Source: Azolla caroliniana (taxonomy: Eukaryota; Plantae; Polypodiophyta). Taken from it: a DNA stretch of 64,000 nucleotides. The position numbers and the translations under genes are program-made. This document shows positions 1 to 13,698 of this stretch, piece by piece. The stretch is from assembly GCA_043228905.1 (NCBI GenBank), contig JBHGNT010000014.1, forward strand, positions 2,666,001-2,730,000, given 5' to 3'. Within the stretch, counting starts at the first letter, position 1, and every line of letters starts with the position of its first letter. The notes beneath the pieces were generated by a model, which saw only the letters and a program-made list of their open reading frames with translations, had not been told where the DNA came from and did no database searches.

Positions 1-3000
1 TGCCCTTCAAATACCGGAGTATCCATTTGATCGCGTTCCAGTGCTCCTTGCCGGGATTGCTCATAAACCGGCTCACCACTCCGACTGCGTATCCAATGTC
101 CGGTCGGGTACAAACCATTGCGTACATCAAGCTCCCGACAGCAGAGACATATGGAATCTTCATCATATCCACCTTCTCTGCTTTCGTCTTAGGGCTTTGC
201 TTACCGGATAGCCTGCAGTTTGCCAGAAGTGTCGATCCGACTGGTTTCGCCTCTGACATGTTGAACCGGTGAAGCACCTTTGTCACATACTTCTCCTGTG
301 ACAGCCATAGTTGCTTCACTGACCGGTCCCGAATGATGTGCATCCCCAGCATCTGTCTTGCCGGACCCAAGTCTTTCATTGAGAAGGTCCGGTTGAGGGC
401 CTTCTTCAGCATCCGTATTTTGACTTGGTCCCGTCCGACGATCAACATGTCATCCACGTACATAAGGAGTATCAGGAAGTCTCCTCCTTCGAACTTCTTC
501 ACAAACACGCAGTGATCGGCTTGCGTCTTGTGGTACCCTTGATCGGTCATGAAGGAGTCGAACTTCCGGTACCATTGTCGGGGAGCCTGCTTCAGTCCGT
601 ACAAGCTCTTCTTCAACCGGCATACCAGGTGCTCCTTCCCTTTCTCCACGAAACCTTCCGGTTGCTGCATGTAGATCTCCTCTTCGAGGTCGCTGTGAAG
701 GAATGTCGTCTTCACGTCCAGCTGCTCTACCTCGAGGTCCATGCTTGCTGCTATACTCAGCACCGTCCGGATGGAGGTCATCTTTACTACCGGGGCAAAT
801 ATCTCGTCGAAGTCCATGCCCTTCTTCTGCTGGAACCCCTTCACCACGATCCTGGCTTTGTATCTCGGGGGGTTGCCGGTATCTCTCGGTTTCAACTTGT
901 ACACCCACTTGTTTCGGAGTGCCCGCTTTCCTTTCGGCAACTCCACCAATTCGTATGTATGGTTCTCATGCAGGGAATCCATCTCATCCTGCATGGCACT
1001 TAACCATTTTTGGCTGTGGGTGTCTTCCTTCACTTCTTCGAACCTTTCCGGCTCCCCCTCATCGGTCAGCAGAACATGCTCTGCATCCGGAAATCTCCGA
1101 GGGGCCCTTCTCTCTCTGAGAGGATATCTCCGTCTTCGGGCTTCGGTAACCAGCTCCTCCATTTGCTCTTCATCCGAATCCGATTCGGGGTCTTGGCCGG
1201 TTCCGGAATCAGCTTCCTCTACCTCTTCTTCTGCCGGTTCGGTATCCTCACCGTAACCGGCTGGTTCCTCGAGTGCTAACCGGTCTCTTGCCGGTTGGGT
1301 CTGCTCATCGTAGAGTCTATCCTTACCGGTCGACTCAGAGTTCATTATCTTCTTCTCCGACTCCCAGTCGGCGAGCGTCTTGTCCTCCATGAAGATAATA
1401 TCTCAACTCCGGAATACCTTCTTGTCAACCGGGTCCCACACTCGGTAGCCGAACTCATCGTCACCGTAACCGAGGAATATGCATGGCCGGGTCTTTGGAT
1501 CTAACTTACCTCTCCGGTCCTTACCTACATGCACGTAAGCGAGACACCTGAACACCTTCAGATGCCGGTAGGATACTTCCTTACCGGTCCACACTCTCTG
1601 TGGTGTGTCTCCGTCCAAGGGTACTGAGGGTGATCTATTTATCACGTATGTCGCCGTCGACAGTGCCTCAGCCCAAAACTTCTTGGGTAGTTTTGCATGC
1701 GCTAGCATACTCCGGACCCTCTCCATTATGGTCCGGTTCATCCTCTCGGCCAGTCCGTTTAGTTCCGGCGTCTTCGGCATGGTAAATTCGAGACGGATTC
1801 CCTTCGAGCGGCAGTACTCCTCGAACTGCCCCCGGTACTCTCCTCCGTTATCTGCTCGAACCGCCTTCAACTTCCGGCCGGTTTCTCTTTCCACTCTCGC
1901 GTGGAGCTCTTTGAAGACGGATAACACCTGATCCTTTGTCTTCAACGGTGTGGCCCACAGCTTCCGGCTGTGGTAATCTATGAACGTTACGAAGTACTGC
2001 GCTCCGGCATGTGACTTCGTGTCTACTTGACACACATCCGTATGCACCAACTCCAGTGGTGCATTACATCTCATCGGTGGCCTTGGTCGGAAGGAGGTCC
2101 GGTTCTGCTTACCGGCCAGACAATCAGTGCACTTCTATAAGTGCACGTTCTTCACTGGAATGAGGTTGTTGTCTGCAAGCCTCTTCATCCCCTTCTCGCT
2201 CATATGACACAGCCTCTTGTGCCACAGCTCACCGGCAGCGTCGGATGCCACGTTCACTTCTTCCGGACATAACCGGGCATTCATCAGGTACAATGTGTTT
2301 ACCTTCCGGGCCCGAGCCACAATCAGGCTCCCTTTGCTGAACTTCATGACACCATTCCGGATGCTACCCGTGTAGCCTTCATCATCTAGCCGACCGGCTG
2401 ATATCAGGTTCAGACGAACCTTCGGAACGTGTCAGACATCCTTCAGCAGCAACTTGCATCCGGTTGGTGTTGACAGCCACACGTCTCCTATGCCGACAAT
2501 TCGGCATGTACCTTCATTCCCCATCCGGACACAGCCGTGATCACCGGCTGAGTAGGATGAAAAGCATTTCCGGTCCGGGGTAAGGTGGAACGATGCTCCG
2601 GAGTCTACCACCCAGGTCATCTCGTCGCCGACAAGGTTTATCTCACACTCCTCGGTGATGAGCATCAACTCTTCTTCACTTGCCGCGATTGCCGTCGTTC
2701 CCTTCCGGTCCGGCCCCCTCCGGTCTTTACCGTTCCGGTCCGGGGTTTGCTTCGAATCGGTACCGTCGGTTTCCTTGTCTTTACGGAAATGCCTACAGTT
2801 GTTTTGGAAGTGTCCCGACTTGCCGCAATAGAAGCAAGTAGGCCTCCCCCTTGACTTTGACCGTGTCCCCGACTTCTCCCGGTTCTGGGGACTACGGTTT
2901 CTCTGTCTTCCACGTTCCGATTCGGTAAGAAGCGCTTTGGAGTCGGAGCTCGTATCTTTGTCTTTCCGACGCGCCTCCTCATCTAGCAAGCTCGACTTTA

Positions 3001-3529
3001 CTCTTGCTAGGGATAACCGTTTTCCTTCCGGCCCAGCGTTGCCCAAAGTGACAACCAACGTCTCCCAGTTATCCGGGAGGGAACCAAGCAGGAGTAGCGC
3101 TAGTACCTCATCGGCAAGAGGTACTTCCAATGACGTTGCCTGGTGTATCAGCCCCTGGAAGGCATTCATATGCTCCGCCATTCTGGAGCCATCTTGGTAC
3201 TGGAGTCTTACTAGCTTCCGGAATACCGAAACCTGATTAACAACATTTTTGTTTTGAAACATTATGCCGATCTTCTCCCAGAGCTCATGAGCCTTGCTCT
3301 CTTCATTGAAGTTGTTGTACAGGCTCATGTCGATGAAGCACCGTATGTATGCCGTTGTCTTCATGTGCATCACCTCCCATATCGCGGGGTCGATTTTGTC
3401 CGGTCTCTTGTCCCCGAACTGAACCGGCAGCCAGAGGTCTTTAACCACGAGCATGTCCCTCATCTTCGACTTCCACACAGAATAGTTGGAGCCGGTGAGC
3501 TTGAACATGCCGCCAAACGATTCGTCCAT
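1..3529 (-). pseudogene. gag-pol: Copia Gag-Pol with a few premature stops
   Basis: CCHC knuckle CFYCGKSGHFQNNC, protease VVDSGAS, integrase HTD...DNGGE...E, RT YVDD; stops near 2432 and 2135. Confidence 0.9.
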
Positions 3530-3545
3530 TTTCTGTGTCGATTTC

Positions 3546-3557
3546 GCTCTGATACCA
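3546..3557 (-). promoter_or_regulatory. Primer binding site, tRNA-iMet
   Basis: TGGTATCAGAGC on the minus strand, 2 nt from the LTR end. Confidence 0.95.
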
Positions 3558-3559
3558 CT

Positions 3560-4312
3560 TGTCGAGAACTGATCGTTCCTTATGCGCAACGCTCGGCCAC
3601 AACCGAGATTCTTTTCATACACAGAAAATGGGAAATAAAACACGACACAAAGGAGAGGAAGATACACAGGAGGTTTACGTGGAAAACCCAAAGAGGGAAA
3701 AACCACGGCAGCCCACAGGCTGCAAACTGTCACTATGTGAGAATGTACAACAGTGAGTTCACTGAGGCAACGACCTCGTGCTCACAGATCTTCGCCACAC
3801 GCGGCGGTTACAACAGAGGCAACGACCTCTTTCTCTCTCTCTCTCTCTGTACACTATTACGTGCTCTCTCTTCTTCTTGCACCAACAAGAAAAAAATGAC
3901 AACAGCAGTTACTAAAAGTTTGCCCTAAGTCATATTTATACTAGTATGACTTTTCGGCTATTTACAAATGTAGCCTCGATAGGCTCTCAGAAACATATTT
4001 ACGAATATGTCTCTTCATCCGGTTCATACCGGGTCTGTACCATCCGGCTCTCCGTAGCCGGGTATTCCTCATCCGGTCTTCACCGGGTCTGTATCATCCG
4101 GCTCTCCGTAGCCGAGTACTCCTCATCCGGTTCATACCGGGCCTGCACCATCCGGCTCTCCGTAGCCGGGTACTCCTCATCCGGTTCATACCGGGCCTGC
4201 ACCATCCGGCTCTCCGTAGCCGGGTCCTCCTCATACGGTTTCGGCCTCGGCCAAGTTTGTTCATCGGCACTGTTCTTCTCCCTTCCCATCCGGAGGGACC
4301 TGTCTCCCAACA
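3560..4312 (-). repeat. 5' LTR of copia A, with 57-bp tandem repeats (~4010-4230)
   Basis: Begins TGTTGGGAGACAGGTCCCTCCGGATGG, similar to the LTR at 21743; about 4 tandem units. Confidence 0.9.
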
Positions 4313-6072
4313 GGAGGAAGTGGCGATGGCAATAGAGTCAAAAAGGACAGAGCCGACCGGAACGAGAAGGCCAAGACCTGGACGTGGTCTGATGTGGTGA
4401 AGGGCATGAAGACTGATGACGAATTGGAGACAACCAATTTAGACAAGAGCTAGAATGAATCGGAGGTACCTGATTCTGAAGAGGAGTTCGATTCGGAGGA
4501 GCTGAATCAACTAAAGGCCAAACAGACAAGGAGGCAACAGAAGTTGACACCGATACGAAGGAACCGACGGGCCGAGATGCTCTAGAGTCGTAACAGTAAA
4601 AGAGCTGAGATGGGCCCTCTGAGTAGATAAGCCGATCAAGAAGGTCGAGGAGCGCAGAACCGAACGGGTCGAGGAAAGCAAAACCGGACTGGATGTGGAG
4701 CACGAGCCAGGCAAGAAGACGCTAGGTGGAGCTGCAGAAGAGGACCGACAGACACAATCATAGACACTGCAATCCGACCTCAAGTTGAGTTTGAGGGGGA
4801 GTGTTGAGTGGACAAGCTCAACCGGATCCGGATCAGCTAAATAAGCCAGAGCCAAAGTCGGTGTCGTGGTGTGGCGTGTGCACTGTGAGAAAAAGGGAGG
4901 TTCCATGCACATCTCATGAAATAATGTATAAAAAACAACACCAACAATAATAATAAGTAATTTGTAGTAGCTTAGTGGTTAAGGCTTATAAGTATATGTT
5001 GGGGTCGCCCATTTTGCCGTAAGGGTGTACCACTAGGGTTTCATCTTCTCCTCCTCCTTCTAGGGTTAGGGTTTGAGAGCTTCTTTCTACTTTTCTATCT
5101 TTCTTCTCAACATATTAGAGAACTCCAGGTTTAGGGTTTTTATGTTCCTTATGAGCATCTAGGGTTCTTCTTTCTTATGAGTTTTAGGGTTATGAGTTTT
5201 GCATCTACTTGAGAGTTAGGGTTAGGGTTAGGGTTCCTTATACAACGACTTCTTCAACATCTCGGTGGTAGTCAACTCGGTAGCCGGTGGTGTAAGGGAG
5301 GTTGTAGTGGCACGAGAGCTACTCCGAATCGAGGCAACATAGCCATCGGAAGTACTCAAACTCGAAGCCCACTAGACTCACCTTCGCCGGATTACTTCAT
5401 AATTGATTGTTGTAAAAACCACCTAATTCGTGGTGTCAAGCCTATAAATTCTAAAGAAAACAGAAACCCCGTTTGATTCATAGTTGTTTTTCTTAATCAT
5501 GAAACTAATTCTATGTAAGAAAGAAAACCACCGAAATCGTTGTATTAAACTAATTGTTGTTTAAACCCAATTTTATATAAAAATTTATGTATATGTTCCA
5601 CATGTCATTGACATCATAAGCTCCCACTTCCTCAGCACTTTTGTCTCCCTAGTCCAAGGCCCCGACGGTCCTGTTCGAACAACACACGCAAGCGAAACAT
5701 CGCGACACCAGATTGGTATCTGGAACGAAGAACCGGATCAGTGTCCGGAACCAAGAGACGAAGTGGAGAGCCGGATCGGATCGTAATCGGTAGGCTGTTA
5801 GAGGCTTACGAATCTAGCCTAGTACATAGGCGGATTCCTTGGAGTTAGTGTCAGTCGCTCGTATGACATTGAAGTACTTGTCAGTACTTTTGTCAGTCCT
5901 TTATGGGCTTGTATAAAAGTGCTCACTGAGCACATTCTATGTACAGAGTGTTGTTATTATTTTGAATTTAGTTTATGCTTTCTACTCTCTTTTTCTCTCA
6001 TGTGTATTCTCTGTTTCCTGTTGCTATCCGGATAAACCGGTTTGTCAAAGCTTTCACATATTAACTTTCACA
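4313..6072 (+). mobile_element. 3' end of a second-family copia element: Pol tail region, PPT and 3' LTR (4802-6072, interrupted)
   Basis: PPT TTGAGGGGGAG at 4791-4801, then TGTTGAGTGGACAAGCTCAAC; homologous to the reverse complement of 18656-19102. Confidence 0.85.
4862..5707 (+). mobile_element. Solo LTR (TGTCGT...CGCGACA), related to the LTRs of the gypsy element at 51982
   Basis: Homologous to 48961-50282; flanks TCGG/CCAG fit a decayed 4-bp TSD CCGG; many TAGGGTT motifs. Confidence 0.8.
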
Positions 6073-9000
6073 ATGGTTGTGGGAGTCGATTGTGAAGTCG
6101 ATTCCGACTTCTATTGCTTCCGGTCCTCAATCATCTTGTCTTCCAAGAAGACTATGTCCTGACTTGTCACTACTTTCTTATCGACTAAGTCCCACAACCT
6201 GTAGCCGAACTCATCTTCCAAGTATCCCATGAATATGCATGGTTTCGACTTCCTATCGAGCTTCGACCGTTGATCCTTAGCCACATGCATATACATTAAG
6301 CATCTGAACACCTTCCGGTGTCGGTAGGAGACATCCCTTCTTGTCCACACCCTTTGTGGGACATCACCTTTCAACGGTATTGAGGGAGTCCTAACAACTG
6401 TATACATCGCCTCCGCCCAATACGATTTTGGCAGTTTAGCATGAGGGAGCATGCTCCTTACTCTCTCCATGATTGTTCGATTCATCCTCTTTGCAAGCCC
6501 GTTTAACTCAAGGGTCTTCAGTATTGTGTATTTGACTCGAATACCTTGGGCTTTGCAGTATTCCTCGAACTACCCTTTATATTCGGCACTATTGTCGGTT
6601 CAGATAGCCTTCAACTTTAGACCTGACTCACGTTCGGTTCTAGCCTGGAACTCCTTAAACATTGACAATACTTGATCCTTTGACTTCAATAAGAAGGCCC
6701 ATGTCTTCCGACTATAGTCGTTAATAAATGTTATGAAGTACTGTCCCCCTTGATGCGATGGAGGATCTACATCACACACATCCGTGTGTACTAGTTCCAG
6801 TGCAACTTCTCTTCTTCTTGGTGGTCTTGTGTGGAATGCTGCTCGGTTCTGCTTTCGGCTAAGCAATCGACGCACTTCTCCAAGTGTACTCCTTTCACTT
6901 ATGGGAGAAGTTCCTGGTTGGCCAAAATGTGCATTCCTTTTTCACTCATGTGGCCAAGTTCTTGTGCCATAACTCTCCAATCAAGTCAGTTGCCACATTC
7001 ACTTCTGACTTGCACAGTCGGGCATGCATCATATACAGTGTGCCCTCTTTTTGTGCTCTGTCCACTATGAGGTTTCCACGGCAGAACTTCCACTTTCCGT
7101 TTCGGAAGCTACCACTGTAGCCTTTGTCGTCCAATCTTCCAATCGATATCGTGATCACCGGCTGTGTAGGATGAGAAGTATTTACGGTCCGGGGTAAGGT
7201 GGAACGACACTCCGGAATCGACAACCCACGTTGTCTCGTCGCCGGCAAGGTTTAGCTCACTCTCCTCGGTGATGAGCATCAACTCTTCTTCACTTGCCGC
7301 GATTGCCGTCGTTCCCTTCCGGTCCGTTCCCCCCCGGTCTTTATTGTTCCGGTCCGGTGTCTGCTTCGAATCGGTACCATTGGTTTCCTTGTCTTTTCAG
7401 AAATGCCGACAGTTCTTCTGGAAGTGTCCCGGCTTGCCGCAATAGAAGCAGGTAGGCCTCCCCCTTGACTTTGACCGTGTCCCCGACTTCTCCCGGTTCT
7501 GGGGACTACGGTTCCTTTGTCTTCCGCATTCCGATTCGGTAAGGAGCGCTTTGGAGTTGGAGCTCGTATCCTTGTCTTTCCGACGCGCCTCCTCATCTAG
7601 CAAGCTCGACTTCACTCTTGCTAGGGATAACCGTTTCCCTTCCGGCCCGGCGTTGCCCAAAGTGACAACCAACGTCTCCCAGCTATTTGGGAGGGAACCG
7701 AGTAGGAGTAGTGCTAGTAGCTCATCGGCGAGAGGTACTTCCAATGATGTTGCCTGGTAAATCAGCCCCTGGAAGGCATTCATGTGCTCCGTCATGCTGG
7801 AGCCATCTTGGTATCGGAGTCTTACTAGCTTCCGAAATACCGAAACGTGATTAACAACATTTTTGTTCTGAAACATAATGCCGATCTTCTCCCAGAGCTC
7901 ATGAGCCTTGCTCTCTTCATTGAAGTTGTTGTATAGACTCATGTCGATGAAGCACCGTATGTACGCCGTTGTCTTCATGTGCATCACCTCCCATATCGTG
8001 GCATCGATTTTGTTCGGTCTCTTGTCCCCGAACTGAACCGGCAACCAAAGATCTTTAACCACGAGCATGTCCCTCATCTTCGACTTCCACACTGAGTAAT
8101 TGGAGCTAGTGAGCTTGAACATGCCTCCCAACGAATCGTCCATTTTCTGTGTCGTTTCGCTCTGATACCACTTTGACAAGACTACACGCTCCCGAACACA
8201 ACGCTCAGCCACAATCGAGTCTAGGATCAAACACAGAAAACGGGTAATGTACGCATGACATAGTAAAGAGAGAATGCACAGGATGTTAACGTGGAAAACC
8301 CTGAGAGGGAAAAACCATGGGAGTCCACAAACTCAAAACTATCACTATATGAAGATTACAACAATGGGGCACAGAGGCAACGACCTCTTGCTCCCTCACT
8401 TCGCCTCATAGGATGTTTTGGTGAGGGCATTCTTCCTCTCATATAAGCCTGACAACTTCTGCCACATCTCGTAGGCATTTGTGTTGTTTGCCACATGTTG
8501 AAGGACACTTACATGGACGCACTGTCGGATGGTGGACACCACCTTTATGAGAGTTCAAACTATCATACTTGGAAAGCCTCTCACACCTCCTTCCATGCTT
8601 GCACCTCAAGCTCTGATACCAGTTTGTTGGTTCTCAAACCTCAAATATGTGGGAAAGACTAACCCGGAAATACACAACACGCGTGAAACAACAAATGCAC
8701 AATACACAATGATTTACGTGGAAACCCTTAATGGGGAAAAACCATGGGAACAAAGATTCCACTATACAGAGAGAAGTACAAGTTGAGATCGCACAATACA
8801 ATACTCTAAAACCGAGTGTATCAACCGTACATGGCTCTTGCCATCCATGCTCACTTAGCTATGGCGCCGCCCTCTTTTTCACTCTCTGTTGCTCTCACGC
8901 TCTACAACCATGCTATGCATTTCTGTTGGCCCTAGGTGTACATATACTAATACACAATATGAGATATTTACAATCATGACCATTATTATTATCTAAAATA

Positions 9001-9212
9001 ATAATCATAATAGTCTTACTAATCAGCCGACTCATCCGTCAACTGTCGGGTCGGCCCGACTAGTTGGTCGTCTCTTCGACCTCGATCACCTCTTGTCGAT
9101 TCTCCATGTCATCGAGTGTCGGCCCTCGGCCAAACCAATCGGCTAATCCCTGTCTTTGACTGTCGGCTCTCTTTGAGTAGTCGACTCCCATTGGAGGGGC
9201 ATATTCCTAACA
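6073..9212 (-). mobile_element. Decayed chimeric copia element C: LTR 8625-9212, PBS 8610-8621, internal foreign LTR-PBS-gag block, integrase remnant
   Basis: Two iMet PBS (8610-8621 and 8159-8170); gag 7150-8143 closely matches element A gag; INT fragments 6111-6875. Confidence 0.85.
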
Positions 9213-11113
9213 CATCGCACGACTAATGGGACTATGACGAGGAAAGGGAGCTAATGGATGGCCAAGTGGAAAGGGCCATACCCTAAATGTGAATCATATA
9301 TAAACCACAATGTGGTGTATTTGTAAGGGTTCTTCCAATTGTAAAGATCTCCCATTTGATTAAGAGCTAGTGCTTCCTCTCCTCCTTGTATTCCTTAAGC
9401 TTAAGAGAGATTAGTGAAGTGTTTAGCCATAGAACACTAATCTCTTTTCCTTGTTGGTGCTAGACCTCTTATCAAGAGGGTTAGCAAACATATTCTTTAC
9501 TCTTATTGTCTATGAGAGAGATCTTGAGAGAATGAGAGAGATATCGTACTTAATCATCATCTAATCATTAAGTGAATATGAGGCTCGAAGGTGTCTGACA
9601 ACCATCTTCGCCCGAATCGCCATCAAAAGGGTATACTCTGGTATGAGCTCCACAAACGACATCGAGGAGTGGTTAACTCCATCGATACATAGATCCAACA
9701 CATCTATTTGGCGTCGTTGCCGAGGATAAGACTGACGCTTGAAGACGACTTTGAGTGATCGAACACCCATACGCAAGCCGCTTAACAATGGAAGAGAGCA
9801 AAAGGAAACCACCATTTTATTTTAATTAAAATATTTACCGTTTCACATTTTTTATTAATCTCATTTTTTTGTTTTTTTATCATTATCCTCCCTTGAATTG
9901 CCCAAGCATTAGCAAGCTAATTGTTCCGTTAACACTAATTGCCATTGTAGGGTAAGAAGAATTAGCGTGTTTCACGCTAATACGTGATCAAAGTGGATGT
10001 ACCTGAAACAACTGTTGGTGCCAAAAATTCAAAAATTTATAGTTGAATCCCAAAGTTCAAAGAGCAAAGTTTGACAAGCCATTAGACTAAGCTAGAACCA
10101 CACACAGAGCACCCAAAGACCTTAGACATCCACATGGCAGGATTCTCTTGGATTGGGATGTTCAAAACCAAACTCACACGTCAAGAAGAGCTGGTGCAAG
10201 CTGACCAAACACATGACACTACTTCATCTAACCCTACTGGATACCATGGAGGGTGGTTAACCCAAGGGAGACTACCAAATATGAACCACCTCCCGAGCCC
10301 AAGGACCAAGGCGCCTCACAACACACCTCCACTCCAGGAGAGCCCCACAAAAAACTCGTTCAACTTAGAATGACATATACATGATATGACACAAGAGTGG
10401 TGGGAAATAGAACAAGAGATTGACATATGGAAGATGCAACTCACGAAAGGAGGGCAACCAGAAGCGATCACACGGGACATTGAAGCCACGTTGGTTGAAA
10501 GAAAAGACACATATGTGTGAGTACGGCAAAAACACACCCTTCTAGAAGCGTAGTCACATTCACATCAATAAGAGCATGGACCAAGCCTTGTTCTGAACTC
10601 AAGCACAACGAGCAACAACCTACACGGAGACAATCAACATCGCCATGCATGAACCTGGCCCCTACACTTGATCGAATGGCTCCGACAAGCCCAAACACTG
10701 AATTGGCAGTGGCATTGCAATCCATCCAAACCCTCGTGGCGATGATGGAAAAGGAGTGAGTGCCCGCTGAAAACTAACAGAACCCCACAAATGATAGCAA
10801 GAAGAGCGTCTCCATTTGAAAACTCATCTCTCACTTTCTCAGTTTCGGCAACGCCTATGACCATGCCGCCTTCGGGCTCACACTTGATGATCAAGGAGTT
10901 TGGTTCAGAACCTTAAAGGAAGATATCATTGCAGACCTCAAGTACGTCCTCGAGGACTTCCTAATCAAATTCGCTCGTAGAGGGAACAAGTGGAACCCAA
11001 TCGACCAACTTTTCATCGTCAAGCAAGAAGCAAACGAAATGGTTAGAGATTACATATGTTGCACGAAAAGCCTTCACCATCGATGTAGCCCAAGTGATAA
11101 AATGATGGACGAC
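9213..11113 (+). mobile_element. Gypsy (Athila-like) LTR remnant, tRNA-Asp-type PBS and decayed gag
   Basis: TATA near 9297; TGGCGTCGTTGCCGAGGA at 9709-9726; gag-like IVKQEANEMVRDY near 11015-11055. Confidence 0.6.
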
Positions 11114-12798
11114 TGTTGAGTGACAAGATCAACATGGATTGGCCAGCTGAAGAAGCCAGAAGATAGATCGGACGAAGGTCGATTGGCTAGGGCTGAATCA
11201 GCCGAAGAAGCCGAGAGTCGATAGGAACCTATATTCCTAATTTTAGTAAATAGGAATATTTTAGGTCATTAGTGTCAGAGATCATTCATGAGCATTAAAG
11301 TAATAATAGTACTTGTGTCAGCCCACTTGTCAGGGCTTGTATAAAAAGTGCTCTACGAGCACAATTGTATGCACTGAGTCATTCTGTAATAGATATTTTT
11401 GTTGTTGTCTGCTTACTCAATCTCTCTCTCTCGCACCTATATTCTTTGCATATACCTAACTATTTGTTACTGTTCGACTGAGCCGATTGTGTTTGTTATT
11501 TGTAAGCTTCCGCACACATTATTCTTTTACATGGTATCAGAGAGCGAGGGTTGCAGATCCTCTGCAACCCACAAAGTGAACAAAACACAGAGAAAAGCTT
11601 TCGTCTTCCGAATAAGTACAAATAGGAACATGTATAGAGGAATGGGTAGCTCACCTCGAACAGAGAAGCTTGAAAGAAGCAGCTATACATCTTGGTCGTA
11701 CAAGATGCAATAGTACCTACTCAGACACGAGTATTGGAGCTCTGTTGAAGGAGCAAATGAAGTACCACCAGAGCCAATACAAAGAGACTTCCCAGCTTGG
11801 GAGCAAGCAACAAGCCGACTCTTGTACTGCTTTGCCTCATGTGTTCACAACCAAATGCTTGGGTACATAAGAGATGCGAAGTCTCCAAAGGATGCTTGGG
11901 GGAACTTGAAGAGGGTCTTCGTGGCCAACACCATAACCCATAAGTTGCAGCTCAAGTAGGAGCTCAAGATTGTCCGACAATGAGGTATGTCGGTTAGTGA
12001 CGACACCACAAGGATCAAAGAGATTTGTGATGCACTTGGCTCCATCAACATGAATGTGGACAAAGATGAGATGGTACAAATATGCCTCGGTGGTCTAACG
12101 TAGAAATACGGGCCGATTGGGACAACTATCTACATGAGAGAGAAGCCTCTGTCATTTTTCGACTTGTAGTCGATGCTCCTTGTAGATGAGAACCACACGG
12201 GTGCATCAATGAGCACACACACGGAGGTGGATCGGCCCCGTGGTCATGGAGGACAAGACAGGTTGACACACAATGGAGGCGGCCAATAGAAGCAGAATCA
12301 GAGGGACAGAGGAAGTGCTGACAACAATGGACCATCCATGAGTAGGGGTAGTCAGGGTGGTGTTGGGAGTTGGTAAGCAAATCCCACTTACTGCTGGTAT
12401 TGTGGCTAGAAGGTTCACAAAGAGAGTGAGTGCTAGAGAAAGAAATTGGATTCGGACCAAGCCGAATCAAATCCTATCGATGGACAGAGACAACAAAGAT
12501 CACACTACTTCGAAGGCTCAGAGCGAGCTGGAATGGAACTTGCCTTCGTGATGAAGCACAAATCCAAATCGATGGCGGCGAGGACTTCGAAATCCAAGGA
12601 GTTCTAGTATGTGGATTCTGGCACATTGAACCACATGACGAACCATGAAGAATGGTTCTCTTATCTCAAGAAGCAGGAACAGCCGGCGGTCGTCGAAACT
12701 GGTGACACCACCTCTCATCCCATCGAGCACATCAGAGACATCCCTCTGAACCATATCGGCCAGAGAGGAATAATGAGGAATGTCTTGAACATCCCAAT

Positions 12799-13698
12799 CA
12801 AGGTTGTTAGGTATGTTAGGTATGGTACGGATACCATACGTATTTAACGTATTAATACCCGTATAGTACCTCCCAATTTAAAAATACGTTAAATATGTTT
12901 TCTTAATATGTTAAATACTTATAAAATATGTTAAATACGTTAAATACGTTTTCTTAATATGTTAAATACGTATTTTACGTATAGTATGTTAAATACTTCT
13001 AGAATTTGAAAATTATTTACCTTTCTAAAAACTATCTATAATATTGTAAAAAACATCTATGTTTACACAATTATGTGATGTACAATATAGTTCTACATCC
13101 TAAAATGCATATAAGACATTTGAACATTTCACATCCTAAAATACTTGTAGTAATATGGATGTCGACATTCCCTTATTCTATAAATTAGTGTAAGTGTGTA
13201 TCACGATGTTCTACTTCAAATTGTAATTATTTACAATTATGCCTTCATAGATTGAGGAATCGTCTACGATTATCACGCTCATGATAGCTTTCTCTTTTCT
13301 TCGTTTTCTTCTTCTTCTTCTTCTATCTTCTGTGATTATCACACTCAAGACAGGATTATGTCTTCTTTTCTCTCTTCTTCTTCTTCTTCTTCTTCTTCTT
13401 CTTCTTCTTCTTCTTCTTCATCATCTTCTTCATCGTCGTCTCTTCTATTCTTCTTCCTTCCTTCCTTTGGCTTCTTTTTCACTAAAAACTTTTTTTTCTT
13501 TTGCTTTTTGTTAGGGTTTTACTTACATTTTCTTTATAAATACATATTATACCTATTTCTTTATAAATATGTTAAATACCGTATTCGACAAACGTACATG
13601 ATATTTGACTGAACAACATTGAGGTATAGTACGTACTATACAAATGATGAGGTACTATAAGTATTTAAACGTTAAATACGGGTACGTAAACAACCATG
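12799..13698. mobile_element. Non-autonomous hAT-type DNA transposon (MITE-like, 900 bp)
   Basis: TIRs CAAGGTTGTT / AACAACCATG, 8-bp TSD ATCCCAAT/GTCCCGAT, subterminal GTTAAATAC repeats; splits the copia HVP-TITKNL motif. Confidence 0.8.
13365..13420. repeat. (CTT)n microsatellite
   Basis: Directly visible. Confidence 0.95.

Larger units (their letters stand above)
1..4312 (-). mobile_element. Ty1/copia LTR retrotransposon A; 3' part runs off the window
   Basis: 5' LTR 3560-4312 (TG...CA), PBS at 3546-3557, then gag-PR-INT-RT in copia order on the minus strand. Confidence 0.95.

Noticed and set aside
425-1256. Long antisense ORFs over copia RT (also 25000-25557 and 25797-26309)
   Set aside because: Shadow ORFs expected opposite GC-rich coding sequence; no independent domain signal.
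5030-5240. Interstitial telomere or healed chromosome end
   Set aside because: Motifs are dispersed and shared with the homologous LTR at 48961-50282.
13281-13612. Poly-Leu and poly-Ser ORFs
   Set aside because: Translations of the (CTT)n microsatellite inside the MITE.
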